In this document: one piece after another, positions 1 to 14,509 of the stretch
Position numbering within the stretch: the first letter of the stretch is position 1
Layout: every line of letters begins with the position of its first letter
From: Chrysomallon squamiferum
Lineage: Eukaryota > Animalia > Mollusca
NCBI GenBank assembly: GCA_012295275.1
Contig: CM022665.1
Coordinates: 21,266,001-21,330,000 of the forward strand
Reading direction: 5' to 3'
DNA: 64,000 nucleotides
The notes under the pieces: generated by a model
What the model was told of the DNA's origin: nothing
Database searches by the model: none
Seen by the model: the letters and a program-made list of their open reading frames with translations, nothing else
Position numbers and translations under genes: made by a program

Positions 1-453
1 ATTAAAAAATAATAATAATCTATGAGAAGAAATGAACTTATTTCAGGGAAATACAAGAATAAATTATTAATACAAATGCTTTTAGACAAATTAATAAGGT
101 TCTTTTTATATTAGCTTTTTAATTTAATATACATATATATTCTTTTTAATATACATAATTACATATATTATTATGAAGGTCTGAATATTTAGCTGGTTTA
201 TGGAAAATTAGGTAAGTTTTTTTTATAATTTAAATAATTTTTATATATCATACATATTTCAGAATGAAGTCATCACTAATATCAATTTATTATCACTATT
301 ATTATTATTATGTAACCTATTTGAAAATTAATATTATTAATTTATTAAGATATTTATGTAAGGCTTACAATTCATATGTATTCTTTTTCTGAATTGGATA
401 ATAAATTGCTTCAAATATAGAAATGTTTTAAACTTTAAAATTATTTAACTTAC

Positions 454-611
454 TTCTAATTTACTCTGGGGTTTAGCCTTTTCTTGGTTTGTTTTCAACT
501 TTGAGGTCGTCTCTACTGGTGATGATTTTTCATTTTTCTCCGTATAGCTTTTTTTACTTTCTGCTGCTGGTTGTTTGGATTTTAAAAAACTCTTCCCACT
601 TTTTGTTAAAC
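454..611 (-). CDS. CEP162: CEP162-like coding exon 3 (GLTKSGKSFLKSKQPAAESKK...QSKLE); gene continues beyond the window start
   Basis: catag acceptor and gtaag donor; 158 nt, phase 1 to 0; open frame; SFLKSK resembles CEP162 SYLKTKK. Confidence 0.7.
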
Positions 612-833
612 CTATGTAAAAAACATATTTTTTTACATCACTTGTTAATGTTCATCTTCTGATAATTCGGTGAAACTTTTTTTTTAGATTCAAATAGTTT
701 GTGAAACAGACGAGAAAATAAGTGAATCTATTTGTGTTTAAAAAAATTAAATTAAAAAATAAATAATATAAAAATAAAACACTTTTAAATTTAAATTTGA
801 TTTTTAAAACTATTTTTATATTTATTTTCTTAC

Positions 834-954
834 CCTTTCCTGCAGTTGACCTGTCCTCTTTGTCAGAATCATCATCCCACCAGGCGTCAACCTTAGGTTT
901 CTTCTTTTTCTTTTTATGTTTTGACTGTTCAGACAAATCATCTGATGAACCAGA
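834..954 (-). CDS. CEP162: CEP162-like coding exon 2 (SGSSDDLSEQSKHKKKKKKPKVDAWWDDDSDKEDRSTAGK)
   Basis: cacag acceptor and gtaag donor; 121 nt, phase 0 to 1. The lysine tract plus WW-acidic motif matches the CEP162 KKK..PWW..DD motif. Confidence 0.75.
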
Positions 955-1430
955 CTGTGAAATGAATAAATAAAATCTTCAATGATTTTACTTTTCCTCT
1001 TTTGTTACTGTTCTTTTGTTTTGTTTGTTTTTTAAAATTAAATGACTTTATTCTAAATGGATAGGAAAAAGACAGTCACGATATATGAAAATGAAGAATT
1101 CGATAGGCTGTTGTGTTCTTTTGAGGGTTTTTGTACAATAATTTTTATTTATTTATTTCTTGTTGATGGGTTTTTTGATTGTTTTGTTTTGTTTGCAGTT
1201 TTTTTGTTGTTGTTGTTTTGTTTTGTTTTTAATCTATTTTATATTACTTTTTTAAATAACTGAATCGTTTTAATAATTATTATTACTATGATGTTTTTGT
1301 AGTAGTTCTTCTTTTTGTGTGGCTCAGATTTTGATAATTATTATTTTTGTTCTAAAATTTTGAATTAACTGTAATATCTCGTTTATGGAATTAGTCAATG
1401 TTGCAATTTAGATCTACACTGTAAAAATAC

Positions 1431-1490
1431 CTGTCTCAGAAAAGCTTGAAATTCCTTTTCAACTTCTTCGTCTGACAATTTCTTCGACAT
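1431..1490 (-). CDS. CEP162: CEP162-like centrosomal protein, first coding exon (MSKKLSDEEVEKEFQAFLRQ)
   Basis: ATG at 1490-1488, GT donor after 1431, AG acceptor just upstream near 1509. Peptide resembles the recalled human CEP162 N-terminus (EELDEEFEQFMKE). Phase-consistent with the next two exons. Confidence 0.75.
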
Positions 1491-2077
1491 CTCGTGATCA
1501 AATGTATCCTAAGTTAATCAAAACTATAAAAAATGTAATCAAAATGTCTTCAAAAGTTCAATGAACATAATTATAATCTGATTCTAAATATTGTGCAAAA
1601 ACCTTACGCAGTATTGCACATTGTCTTTTCTTAACCAAAGTAATAAAAATAACAGTAAAGTAATTATTTCAATCAGTAAACGAAATTGTAATGATGCAGA
1701 CTACGAAATTAGGAAACAACGAAATCCGACTGTCATTTAACGGAGTACATTTTACATCATTTTTATTTAATAAAAACTGTGTTAATAAAAAGATGGTGTG
1801 TTTTGTTATAATAAAAGTATTTTTTACCTAATTCATGGAAATGATTATATGCAGATTTAGTCTGACTTCATAACCAGATAAAGTTTGATTTCATAAACAA
1901 TATTTGTCTCAGCATGTTCGTAAATTTCCGCCATTATGAAAACATTCTTGATTATCATAGTGAAAGATAGTCTCGGTTCATTTAGATTGTTACCAGAAAA
2001 AGCTTCCGTTTGCTGTAACCAAATTGTGAACTAAAGTGGAACCAGCGAACATTTCAAGCTTTATTTTAAACATAAAT

Positions 2078-2112
<35 letters not shown>

Positions 2113-2219
2113 TTATTATAATAGTTAATTTTCTCATATTAGCATTTGTATTAAAAATAATTATTTAACTTAATATACTTTCCAACAGTAGTTGTTTGAA
2201 GCTTTAACCGAAACTTCTA

Positions 2220-2999
<780 letters not shown>

Positions 3000-3424
3000 A
3001 TATATTTGTTTGTTCACCATTTGTTGTTATTATAATTGTTGTCCTTCTTTCTCTGAATCATTAATGATTAATATTTTCACGGCCGGGATATTCAGATTCC
3101 CATTATCCTCTAATAACCCTAGTGTGATGAAAATAATATACGTTTTTTCACTTCACTGCAAGTTCATCATTTATTTACAACCACGTCTGATGTAGTGATT
3201 AAAATAATGGCGAATGAAACATGAAACAAGGAAGGAATGAAATAATTAAAAATAGACCTCCCGTCGCAGCCAAGATTCGCTTTGGTTCTTAGTAACCGAT
3301 TTACGCTAGCCATAACTCCAGAGTCTAGACTGATAGGAAGTAAAATGAATTGTTGGAGTCGTCTTTCTAACGCGGTATAAACAGTGGAACAGACATATAG
3401 AAAAACGTGTCTATAATGGCTATG

Positions 3425-3490
<66 letters not shown>

Positions 3491-3507
3491 AATATATATA
3501 TATATAT

Positions 3508-3541
<34 letters not shown>

Positions 3542-4796
3542 ATTCATAGCCATTATTTTAAGTGTTATATTTATAATAACCATATCCACATTATTGTTGC
3601 TCTCGCTGGCATCAGCATCGTTTTAGAGAATTAGTATTTGTAATACGAAAGAAAATGGAAAATGCTGTTTTTAATATTTTAGATTAGCTTTAATGATGAT
3701 GATGATGATAATAAAGACGAGTGAGATCGATGCTTTAGATTGTTCAACATTTATTAGTGTAATGTTTTTATTTTCAGACTCTCAAGTGATTTCGCGGACA
3801 ATATGATGAGCAGACATAAGGGCAATGTTTGCATAAAGCCGATTAATGTAGAATGATATTGAAATGTCTACCTCCACGACGTTCCACGCATCTACCGATA
3901 TATACTGTATTATTAGCAATGAGACATCGTTGAAAATAAACAAAACTGTGTTAGGAAACCTGTGAAATTTATTTTGGCAATTTTATTTTTTTTTTTTTTT
4001 TTTTTTTTTTTCACATTTCTGCACGTTAAATTTCACGTTTGAAAAAAGACAAATCCCCACTGGGCATTTTACTGATGTTTACAGTTATTTGAAATGACAT
4101 ATTTTTAAAATACTTCACGTCGTCAGTGTGTCTAATAACAGAAGACGAAGTTTTACCTAATAAAATATTAATACTCCTGAATTTGCTGTTTTCTGTACTT
4201 TTACATCCTTGAATTTGTTATGTTTTATTTTTCTCGTCTTTTCTAAATTCGTCTGTTTTAAATGAGAATAAGACTATCCTGAAATAGTTTCCACTATAAT
4301 TTAATCTCCTTAAATTGGATAAAATGCCTTAATAAGTATTGTCATAGGTTTATTCTTTCATATTATATTTAAAAACAACTAAAACAACCCCCAAAAACCA
4401 CCCCAAAACACACCATAAAATTATAAATTGGTTAATAGCAACATAAAAATTAATTCATTAATAATAGCACTAAAATTAATTAATCGAATTAATAACAGTT
4501 AATATTCAAATGTACTGTAATGTCGTCACTACCTTTTTGAACTCTGGAATTGACCCTGCGGCAGAATATTTGACCTCATTTATCATTTAACCAGACGACG
4601 TAATTAATGGCTGCCGGCGCATTACGTTAAAACTCGTGAGATGTTTAACAATAGGTAGCAATTGTTCTCGTCTGCTGCTTCTGCAATATTCAGTGGTAGT
4701 TTATTCCCGTGGCGGGTTTTTAGTTTTATGTTAACCGAATATATTTTTTTTTACCAAATTAACACTTTATCTTATCTGCTGAATAAAATTCTACTG

Positions 4797-4912
4797 GGTA
4801 ACCATGACAACGTTGTACGACTTGTTAAATATTAATTAAAACAACAATAAAATATTAAATATATATATATATATTAATAATTAACTAGTTGTACAATGTT
4901 GTCATGGTTACC
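4797..4912. repeat. Imperfect palindrome (arms about 40 bp) with an RFX X-box at each end
   Basis: GGTAACCATGACAACGTTGTACGACTTGTTAAATATTAAT ... ATTAATAATTAACTAGTTGTACAATGTTGTCATGGTTACC. Confidence 0.8.
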
Positions 4913-5076
4913 TACCTATCTATCTATCTATGAATGGTGTATAAAAAATGGATTCAGACATTATTATGTTCAGGCTATTTTATAATAAATACTGGGGCCC
5001 TAAAGTTCAAGAATACTTCCACTTAACTTGTAACCAGCAATTTCAACTGTACTTATATAATTAAAAGCATTACTTG

Positions 5077-5332
5077 CAGTGGCGTGCTCAGGTCTGGTGA
5101 TGTTGGGGCCAACTCCTTGACTGTATGCCCCAAAGACTCAAGTATAGGACGTAGTACTGATGAATGTTATGAGAAAGGAAGATATTTTGAATATGTAAAC
5201 AGATCAAAACATAAAATAAACATTTATTCGATTTAAATATAAATCAACCACATTTATTAAGTTCTTTTCTCTGATTGGAAGCTTCATCCCCATTTAGCCC
5301 TTCGACCCTTCCCCACCATCTGCACGCCACTG
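5077..5332. mobile_element. hAT-type MITE, copy 1
   Basis: 11-bp TIRs CAGTGGCGTGC...GCACGCCACTG; 8-bp TSD attacttg/actacttg (1 mismatch); internal sequence homologous to 24013-24279 in the opposite orientation. Confidence 0.85.
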
Positions 5333-5752
5333 ACTACTTGTAATGCTTGACATTATTAAAATTTTTATTTGGTTATCATACTGGAAAAGTAGAAGAAGAA
5401 GAAAAATCAACGAAAAAAACAACAAATAACAACAAAAAACCAACATCATTTGATTTTGCGTTGCTTTTATTGGATTACTTCCTTCTGTAAACTAGTCTCC
5501 ACCAACTTGATTTTCAAGGTCAGTTGAATGCTTTTCTGTATATTGTATGATCGATCTCCTGTAAATAAAATACCTTTTCTTACAAAGCGAAAAACCCCCA
5601 GCGTATTGCATTGCAACACCAGCTTTACTTTCCAGTTATATCTACGTATTTGAACATGTACACGAAGATATATAACGACATATATTTCTAAGTACGTTTA
5701 TGCCTGAGTGTATTTATATATAAACATAACCCATGCACAAATAGAAACATAT

Positions 5753-5805
<53 letters not shown>

Positions 5806-6418
5806 GGTAAAATCGTCAACCTCTGGAGTGAAGGCGAATAGGTGCCATACGTTCGAGTTTCGTCAGCGGCATTTGACATGGTTTATGATGTCGTGATTGG
5901 AATTTGTCCTGCTGCGTTCCAGAATGCTGTCTATGTGCAAAGTCTAATCAGACGTATATAAGAGAGAGAATATTCAAATCCAAAAATACATACTTGCCAG
6001 TGCCACGTTTCACACAAAAAACAGATGTGCCCAAAAATGATGAAAGATAAAGAATGGCGTGCTTCGTGGGAAGCAATTATCACCCTCGGTTACTGAGCAA
6101 CCTTACTTACGATTGTCTTGATGGATGGACGGACATCAGATAATATTCAAATCTTAAAATGAATACATACATGTACACGTACATACACTCTTCTATATTG
6201 TTTTCTGTAATAATATTCTACAAGATGTTTGCTGAAAACAATGTAATGGATTTAGAGAACGTAAATCGATGTGATATCAGTTGCCATGCCGAGTGTAACT
6301 AAGCCGGAATTAAGTTACCTCAAACTTAGTTAGTGTAGGTGTACCGCTAACGAGTTAAATTACTTCCTTTTTCTACGTCACCGGAAATTTAATACACGCT
6401 TGTTCCTCTCTCTCTGTC

Positions 6419-6477
<59 letters not shown>

Positions 6478-6567
6478 CAGATATTTTCTAACTTTATTAT
6501 ACATACATGTATGTATGTATTATGTGTTCATGTATATATGAATATATATATATGTATATGTAATATT

Positions 6568-6615
<48 letters not shown>

Positions 6616-7240
6616 TACTAAAAAAACAAGTTTATGTATTTAATATTAGAGGATATTTGTGTCTGAGTGTTTGTTTGTCTGTATATATGTCCATTCATTT
6701 ACCTAATTAGCTTATTTCTTCATGTATTATTGTATTTTATTAAAATCACATTTCTTGCAAAAACAAAAGATGAACAATATATACAATACAGAAGAAAAAT
6801 AACTTTGAAAAAAAGAAAGAAGAAAATTCAGAAAATATATTAGCTATCGATATTATACGTCTTAAAGTTTAAATAATATTATGTGTTTTGATTAACGAGT
6901 ATTTTATACACCTTAAGCAAAACGTATAATTCATATTATTTTTAATTTTAAATAAAGAATCGAACATTTTGATAATACAGTTCTTTCGAGATTTATTGCT
7001 CTCTTTACGGTCATTTAATTTAAATTTTAAAAAATAAACAGAAATTAATTTAGTAAAAGAAGTTTTTATGACTTCAAACTACTCAACTTAATTCATAAAT
7101 CGATAACCGAGACTACATTGTCTGTAAGACGGATATGCGCGTAGGCAATTTATTTTCGTTACACAGAATTTACATTAATAAACTGTTTTTAAATGACAAT
7201 GTTTACTTTTAAAACTAATATTAAGTTTTCAACATTCAAG

Positions 7241-7254
7241 GTTTCCATAGCAAC
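7241..7254. promoter_or_regulatory. Canonical RFX X-box GTTTCCATAGCAAC
   Basis: Exact fit to the X-box consensus, about 5.7 kb upstream of the start codon of the ciliary CEP162-like gene. Function is unproven. Confidence 0.35.
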
Positions 7255-8196
7255 AGAGTAACTGAAAACCAATAAACGATGAAATATATATATATATATA
7301 TATTTTTACACCCATTTAAAAATGTGAGGCAGTAATTCTTTTGTTTAATGAGAAAAAGAAAGTAAAACGTTAGAAATCATTTACATTAAAATGATATATT
7401 AAAAATTCGTATTTAGAAGTAATAAAATATTAGCAGTGACTTTTATTTTTTATATAATATTTTTTTTTATATATATATTGTTAATTGTCCTGTGAATTTT
7501 GTCTTTATTTGTTTAATGTCTAAACTTTTCCATAATTTTCTTTAATAATCAGATTTAGTATTATGGTACGTATTAAAATATTGTTTATTGTTTTGTATTC
7601 TGTTTTTGTTTTTGCTTAATTATCTATTTAAAGTAATTTGTTTTTCGTTTCCTTTGTTGTAATTCTTTTACCTTTCTTATCCCAGGTGCTCGTGGTATCA
7701 GAAGTAGAAAATGCAAGTCGAAATTAAAAACAAAAAAGAAGCTGGATAAATGTTTATACACCGCTTTAATATCTCACATAATGAATAAAATTTGAAATAC
7801 AAAGACAGTGAAACAGTTTAAGTAAAATATTTCTCAAATTCAACAATAAGTAGACACCAAAAATAAAACAGACTTCAAAATCTGTCGCTTATCACTGACA
7901 TATTACAGCAGACGTGAGTAGTAATAATTTTAAAAATGAAAACACAATCACAGACTTCCACGGAGTATGATTATACACTTTAAATAACAATATTTATATA
8001 CATTTACAATCTTTTTCGCAACAAACGTAAAACAAGAAAAAGGTGTATGTGCTTGGAGGTGTGAGACACGTTTTAAGAAATCAGTTTGGATAAATATGGC
8101 AGGTATTGTTCTATTAGGAACTTTTTTTTTTTTTTTTCTTTCAAAGAAGTTGCTAGATAACAAATCCTTCAATCAGTAAAATTAAGTTTGTAATTC

Positions 8197-9413
8197 TGTC
8201 AGTGACACAGTTGTGTACAATAAATCACGTATGTCTTTAAGTCAGTGACACAGAACTGTATAATAAATCACGTATGTAATTCAGTCAGTGACACAGATCT
8301 GTACAGTAAATCACGTATGTCTTTCAGTCAGTGACATTGATCTGTATAACAAATCACGCATGTCATTTAATCAGTAAAACAGATTTGTATAACAAATCAT
8401 GTTTCTCCTTCAGTCAGTGACACAGTTCTGTATAACAAACCACGTTTGTAATTCAGTCAGTGACACAGTTCTGTATAACAAACCACGTTTGTAATTCAGT
8501 CAGTGACACAGTTCTGTATAACAAACCACGTTTGTAAACCAGTCAGTGATACAGTTCTGTATAACAAACCACGTTTGTAATTCAGTCAGTGACACAGTTC
8601 TGTATAACAAACCACGTTTTGTAATTCAGTCAGTGACACAGTTCTGTATAACAAACCACGTTTTGTAATTCAGAGAGTGACACAGTTCTGTATAACAAAT
8701 CACGTTTGTAAATCGGGCAGTGACACAGTTCTGTATATTAAATCACGTATGTAATTCAGTCAGTGACACAGATCTGTATAATAAATCACATATGTAATTC
8801 AGTCAGTGACACAGTTCTGTATACTAAATCACGTATGTAATTCAGTCAGTGACATTGATCTGTATAACAAATCACGCATGTCATTCAATCAGTAAAACAG
8901 ATTTGTATAACAAATCACGTATGTAATTCAGTCAGTGACACAGTTCTGTGTAACAAACAAATCACGTATGTAATTCAGTCAGTGACATAGTTCTGTATAA
9001 CAAATAACATATGTAATTCAGTCAGTAACACAGATCTGTATAATAAATCACGTATGTCTTTTCGTCAGTAACACAGTTCTGTATAACAAGTCACGTATGT
9101 CTTTCAGTCAGTAACACAGATCTGTATAATAAATCACCTATGTCTTTCAGTCAGGGAACAGATCTGTATAATAAATCACGTATGTCTTTCAGTCAGGGAA
9201 CAGATCTGTATAATAAATCACGTATGTCTTTCAGTCAGGGAACAGATCTGTATAATAAATCACCTATGTCTTTCAGTCAGGGAACAGATCTGTAAAATAA
9301 ATCACGTATGTCTTTCAGTCAGTAACACAGACCTGTAAATTAAATCACGTATGTCTTTCAGTCAATAACACAGATCTGTATAACAAGTCACGCACGTCGT
9401 TCAGTCAGTGACA
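8197..9413. repeat. 43-bp minisatellite, about 28 copies (CAGTCAGTGACACAGTTCTGTATAACAAATCACGTATGTAATT)
   Basis: Unit starts at 8411 and 8454 (period 43); variant units occur in blocks; no unique spacers. Confidence 0.95.
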
Positions 9414-10975
9414 GAAGACCCAGAACTCCCTTATATCTGAATAGCTGGCAATATATGTTCAAAATTACTACATTATATAATTAATATTGTTTCATATTTA
9501 ACACGTCAGTGATATAATTATGCTGAGAATAAAACGTGATGAAAAATAACTTTGTTACAAAACTACAAAATTACAAGAATACAAAGTGCCCATAAAAACG
9601 TGTCAAAATGATTTTTGACAAGTTCACATGTTTTACGTGATCACATTACAAAAAATAATTTCTATATTACAAATAATAAATTGTATATATTACATAGACA
9701 ACTATTTCGTCTTTAAAAATAGCCTTGGTTACATAATGTTGATCCATTCCTCTCTCCTGCAAAGTCTCTGATATAAATCATATGTAATAAAATCTGATGG
9801 TAGACAATGATAAAAGAATTCTGTAACACCATGAAATCTGTAACACATCTTACTGTGAAAGTGAAAAAATGCAAGGAATCGTGATATCCCACAAATGATG
9901 TTTATCGTATAAAACAACATCCATAATTACATTGACAACAAAGTAGATTTAATGATACTTTCATTCACGGAAATATCTTTATAAGACTGGAAATATCGGT
10001 CACAAAGTTCAAGCATGATAAAGAAATAGTTGTTAATGGTCGTGATCTAGCGAAATGATAATGTCGTATTAAAAGATTACTTGTTTTTTCTAATTGTACA
10101 GAGTTTAAGGTTTTAAATTTTTATGAAACTTGTTACTGAAAACAGTTCTGAACTCTTGTTTCAACAGATTCAACTGTTATATAATATGTGTTAAAGTTTT
10201 TGTATGTGTAAACGTAGGGGCATGTTTGTGTGTTTCTCTTGTTTGTTATTATTACCAATACTTCTACTAGTACTATTATCAGTATTGTGTATGTTATATA
10301 TTCATATATGTACCTGCGTGCATAAATATAAACATAAATAATGGTTTTGACTAGAGAATCACAAAACAGTTTATATGATGGATATACAAAAAGAATTATA
10401 CATATTTATAGACTGGAGAAAAATGATTTAAATTACGATAGTGCACAATAATAACCATATATCTGGTATTAGTTTGTCATTTTCTTAAAGGATATGATAT
10501 TTTTGATTTGTTAAGTGCGTTTTTTTTTTGTTGTTGTTTGTTTTTTTACAAAAACATAAATTTATAAGGTTACTTTCATCAACGGAGTATAAGATTCATT
10601 TACAGATTTGATTTTGAAACAGAACTGATTATGTTTAAAAAACTGATAAAATGTTTAGATGTCTTCTTTGGAATCCAGGTATTGTCTGGAATATCCATTT
10701 AGTCATTACCAAACTCTCAGATCTCAAAGCAGACGACAACAAAACAATGAATGTTTTTTGATGAGGTCGTCAAACTCTTCGACTCTTCAGTCACACAAGG
10801 CACTACTCCTTTTTTTTCACATTCCACTCTGACTCTGAAGTAACTGTCAAGGTCAAGGTCGACCTACAATGACCTCTCGCGAACAAAACCACAGCAACGT
10901 TTCCTGATTTTGATAGAACGGGAAATCACTGTTAAAACAGACGGATTCCAGAAGAGGTAACCTTGACCTTTGTAT

Positions 10976-11207
10976 TCATATCCCACTGCTACTTCCGTCC
11001 AATGAATCTTCAGTTGACTGTCGCTGTCTGAGACAACACTTTCCGTTGGGTGTGACCGGCATGGGATGGGGTAGGTGTTCTTGAAGCTGGTACCACTGTG
11101 CTACGGGTTTTCGCGTGTTTTCCAACATTTCATACCAGTGGTTTCTCCCCAGCCCGTTGTACTTAGGTCCCAGTGCGCAGCAACCCATAAGTTCATCGCT
11201 GCCAATC
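10976..11207 (-). CDS. SYT9: Synaptotagmin (SYT9-like) terminal coding exon: end of C2B and tail
   Basis: ttcag acceptor; (R)IGSDELMGCCALGPKYNGLGRNHWYEMLENTRKPVAQWYQL...* matches the synaptotagmin C-terminal HW..ML...RKP.A.W..L motif. Confidence 0.9.
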
Positions 11208-11910
11208 CTGAAGAATAATTAAAAATACATACAGCTGATGTTGCCATTAAGTTTTAAATTACCCTCCATTAACTGACTGCTTGTCACCTAGCTGAAATAT
11301 ATTCATATATCACTACCTAGACTACTGAGATGAATTTGTCAGAGATTCTTTTCTCCAGGGATGCTTGAAGAAAGATAATGTACTTAGATCGTAAAATTTA
11401 CTGGAAATATTTGGGAACAGACGTCGTGTATAAGCTGGTTCTGTTTCCGTTTCTTTTTAACTGAAGAGAAAAACTAATTTAATTTTAAATTAAAGAATAA
11501 TTTTAATTAGCTCAAGGAAGAAAGTCCTGTTCTGTGTGGTCAATGTAAAAATAATAATTTCTGTCGACCTTCTTTTCTTTTTTCTTTTTTAACTGTCATA
11601 TTTTTTCCCTAAGGAATTGTCATATTGGGTTATAGTTTGGGTTTGGCTGCAGTCAAATGTGTTTCTTTATTTAATTTTTAGAACTGCATGGGGCAAACAA
11701 AGGATATTCAGATAAAATGTGTTATAAATACATATAAAAAACATAAAAAACATAAAATATACAAATACATACATACGTAACATATATATATATATATACA
11801 CACTTACATACAAATAATATATATGTGTATATGTGTGTGTGTGTGCGCGCGCGCGCATTAGTGTCATCTGTGTTCAGTTAATATAATGACGTTCTGTTAT
11901 GTTTAACTAC

Positions 11911-12082
11911 CTATCGTAATCCACGAGTTTGACTAACAGATACACATCTTCAATACTTTCTTGGGGGACGTCAAACACAAGAGCCTCGTTGAAGACTGGA
12001 TGCAACGTCGACTTCTTCACCGAAGTCTTTTTCTTCTTAATTCTCTTTCCTTGACACATCAGCGACACCTTCACATAGGGAT
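11911..12082 (-). CDS. SYT9: Synaptotagmin coding exon 4, C2B
   Basis: [58 protein letters not shown]; AG/GT boundaries; polybasic C2B strand. Confidence 0.92.
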
Positions 12083-12589
12083 CTAGTCACATGGACAATA
12101 AAACGACTTTGCTACAGATATTATTAATACATGAACAATAAAATGACTTTGTTACAGATATTGTTAATTCCTGAACAATAAAATGATTTTATTACGGATA
12201 TTGTTAATATTAATAATATTGGAAATTTCAGAAATGATTTTAATCATAGCTGTTGTCTAATTTCATAAAAGAGAATATTAACTGACATATCTGTGTATTT
12301 AAAAGAAGAATGGGAAAATACTACCTACATGTTTTATTTTTAACTGTCGTACTTTATTGTCACCAAACTGTGGGCCTCATTTACTTAAATACATACGCAA
12401 TATATTAGGCTAAACATTCTGATCATAAATAAAACTTTCACAAGAAACAAATAAAACAGTAATTTGTAAATAGTTTGATGCTTCTACTACCTAAAAATCT
12501 TTATGCAGTAACAAGTATAACATTCAGATGAAGTTAAACTGAATTGAATTTCAGGAAGACGAGAAACACGCTATTAAAACTGTAATTAC

Positions 12590-12710
12590 CCGAGGAGCCT
12601 GTGATGTCCATAGCTTTGAGATTCCTGGCTTTTACGATAGTTAATGTAAGTCGACCAGCAGTGGGCAGGTAACATAGAGACAACATCACATCTCCGATAT
12701 CAGCCTTCTC
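12590..12710 (-). CDS. SYT9: Synaptotagmin coding exon 3, start of C2B
   Basis: [40 protein letters not shown]; the [12 protein letters not shown] motif is typical of the SYT3/6/9/10 class. Exact orthologue within the class is uncertain. Confidence 0.92.
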
Positions 12711-13140
12711 CTAGTGGCAAAAATAAAACAAAAATGCATTTAGGCAAACAGATACACAGACAAACATGCAGCAGTGGGCAACATCATTACACCTTCAACA
12801 GTAACCTTCTCCTAACGATTAAATAAAATAAAGATTTATCAGATACCAAAAAATGGACATTTTCGCACCAGTGGGCAATATCAATACATTTCCATTATCA
12901 CCCTTCTTCTAGTAATGACATAAAACAACGATGCCGTTTGGCAGACAGGTACACAGACATACAATCATTGGTGGACAATATCATTACATCTTCAATGTCA
13001 GCCGTTTCCTTATGGTGAAATAAAATAAAATATGTAGCTAGATTGACAGATAGCAGATATGCAGCACAGAGTGAGTTGTCCAAAAGTAGGCAAAATCATT
13101 ACGTCTCCAATACAATTTTGTTCTACTGATAAAATAAAAG
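12711..13140 (-). repeat. About 4 degenerate tandem copies of the exon-3 acceptor region and exon start
   Basis: Recurring cagtgggca...atcattacatct...ccttctcct...aaataaaa units; one copy translates KETADIEDVMILS against the true [11 protein letters not shown]. Confidence 0.7.
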
Positions 13141-14509
13141 AAAGACGAACGGAAAGATACACAGATAAATACACTCAATCACACACCCAGAAACACATTA
13201 CACATACATACACACTGTCGCAGACACACATTCACACTCATCATGCACATACAAACATACACATGCATACACACACAATACGCACACAAAAATACACTCA
13301 CACACATACACATACACACAACATATACACATACACACACATATAACACACAGTGATTCACAGATATAGACACATACACAAGAACCATATACACTCACAA
13401 AATACACACCCACCCATACATACATACTGTGTTTGTGTACGCTGGATTAATACATGTACACTACTAGCAGTAATATAAAAACTCATGTAATCAAACTGAC
13501 AGACAGACGGACAAATATATACATAGATACACACAAACAAAATCAGATTAAACTGGCTAACAATGAGAGCTTTTGACGAAGTCAGACAGACATACATTTA
13601 TATTTTCTTATTTGATATTATAATATTAAGCTGACAAAAACATAACAGTTGCTGTATAATTATTTAGTTTACCATCTATTATCCGCATTTCTGAAATACG
13701 AAAACCATAGTTTTTAGCAGTCGTTTATATTTGCATAAATATATGTATATGAACAAAATAACAAGAAAAAAAAATCAAGACCTGGTTTCTATTTGCATGT
13801 GTATTTCATATTTGTTTTAATAATTTTTGTTTGTTTTGGAAAATGTGTCTATGAATTAAATTTTTTTTTAAATCTCTCCAAATTACGTTTTCTTTTCTTT
13901 TCTTTTTTGCACGTCATGCAGTATTTTTATCATTTATAATCAAAAAAAATTATGACCAAACAAGAATCTTCTCCCTTCTGCTGTTGACGTCACCAAAACA
14001 TGCTGTTTACAATTTATCAGACATTCTCGTACCGAAGTATAATTAGATTTATAATTTAACACATCAAGTCAGTTTTAATTTATCAGCACGTTACACAAAC
14101 GAAAGCAATAAGCGAATCCCCAGGGAAGTATTAAATGGCAAAATAAAACTCGCTTTATTTGCAAAGATTACTGCACATCTGATGTTGACACTTGGCTGAA
14201 AATTGACAAGAAAATCTAGGCTAGAAAATCCAGCGACAGGAAATCCGGATTCCCGCGAGGATAAAATAATGTGATTGGCCAGGCGAATGCAACTTGCGTG
14301 TGTGTGAATAAGAAGTTGCGACGAGAATTTTTACCAGAGGAATCGAGTCATTTACTGTCCGTGATTAGATTCTTTTTCTTTTTTTTTTTTTTTTTTTTTT
14401 TTTTTGAATAAAACATTGTTTATCCAAATGAGTGAATATATTGTTTTTATTTTATTTTGCTAGAGTAGCATCTGGACGATTTTCTGAATCTATAAAATTA
14501 CTCGCAGTT

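Noticed and set aside
8197-9413. Regular repeat array as a possible CRISPR
   Set aside because: Head-to-tail units without unique spacers, eukaryotic context and no cas genes; it is a minisatellite. The same applies to 52450-54170.
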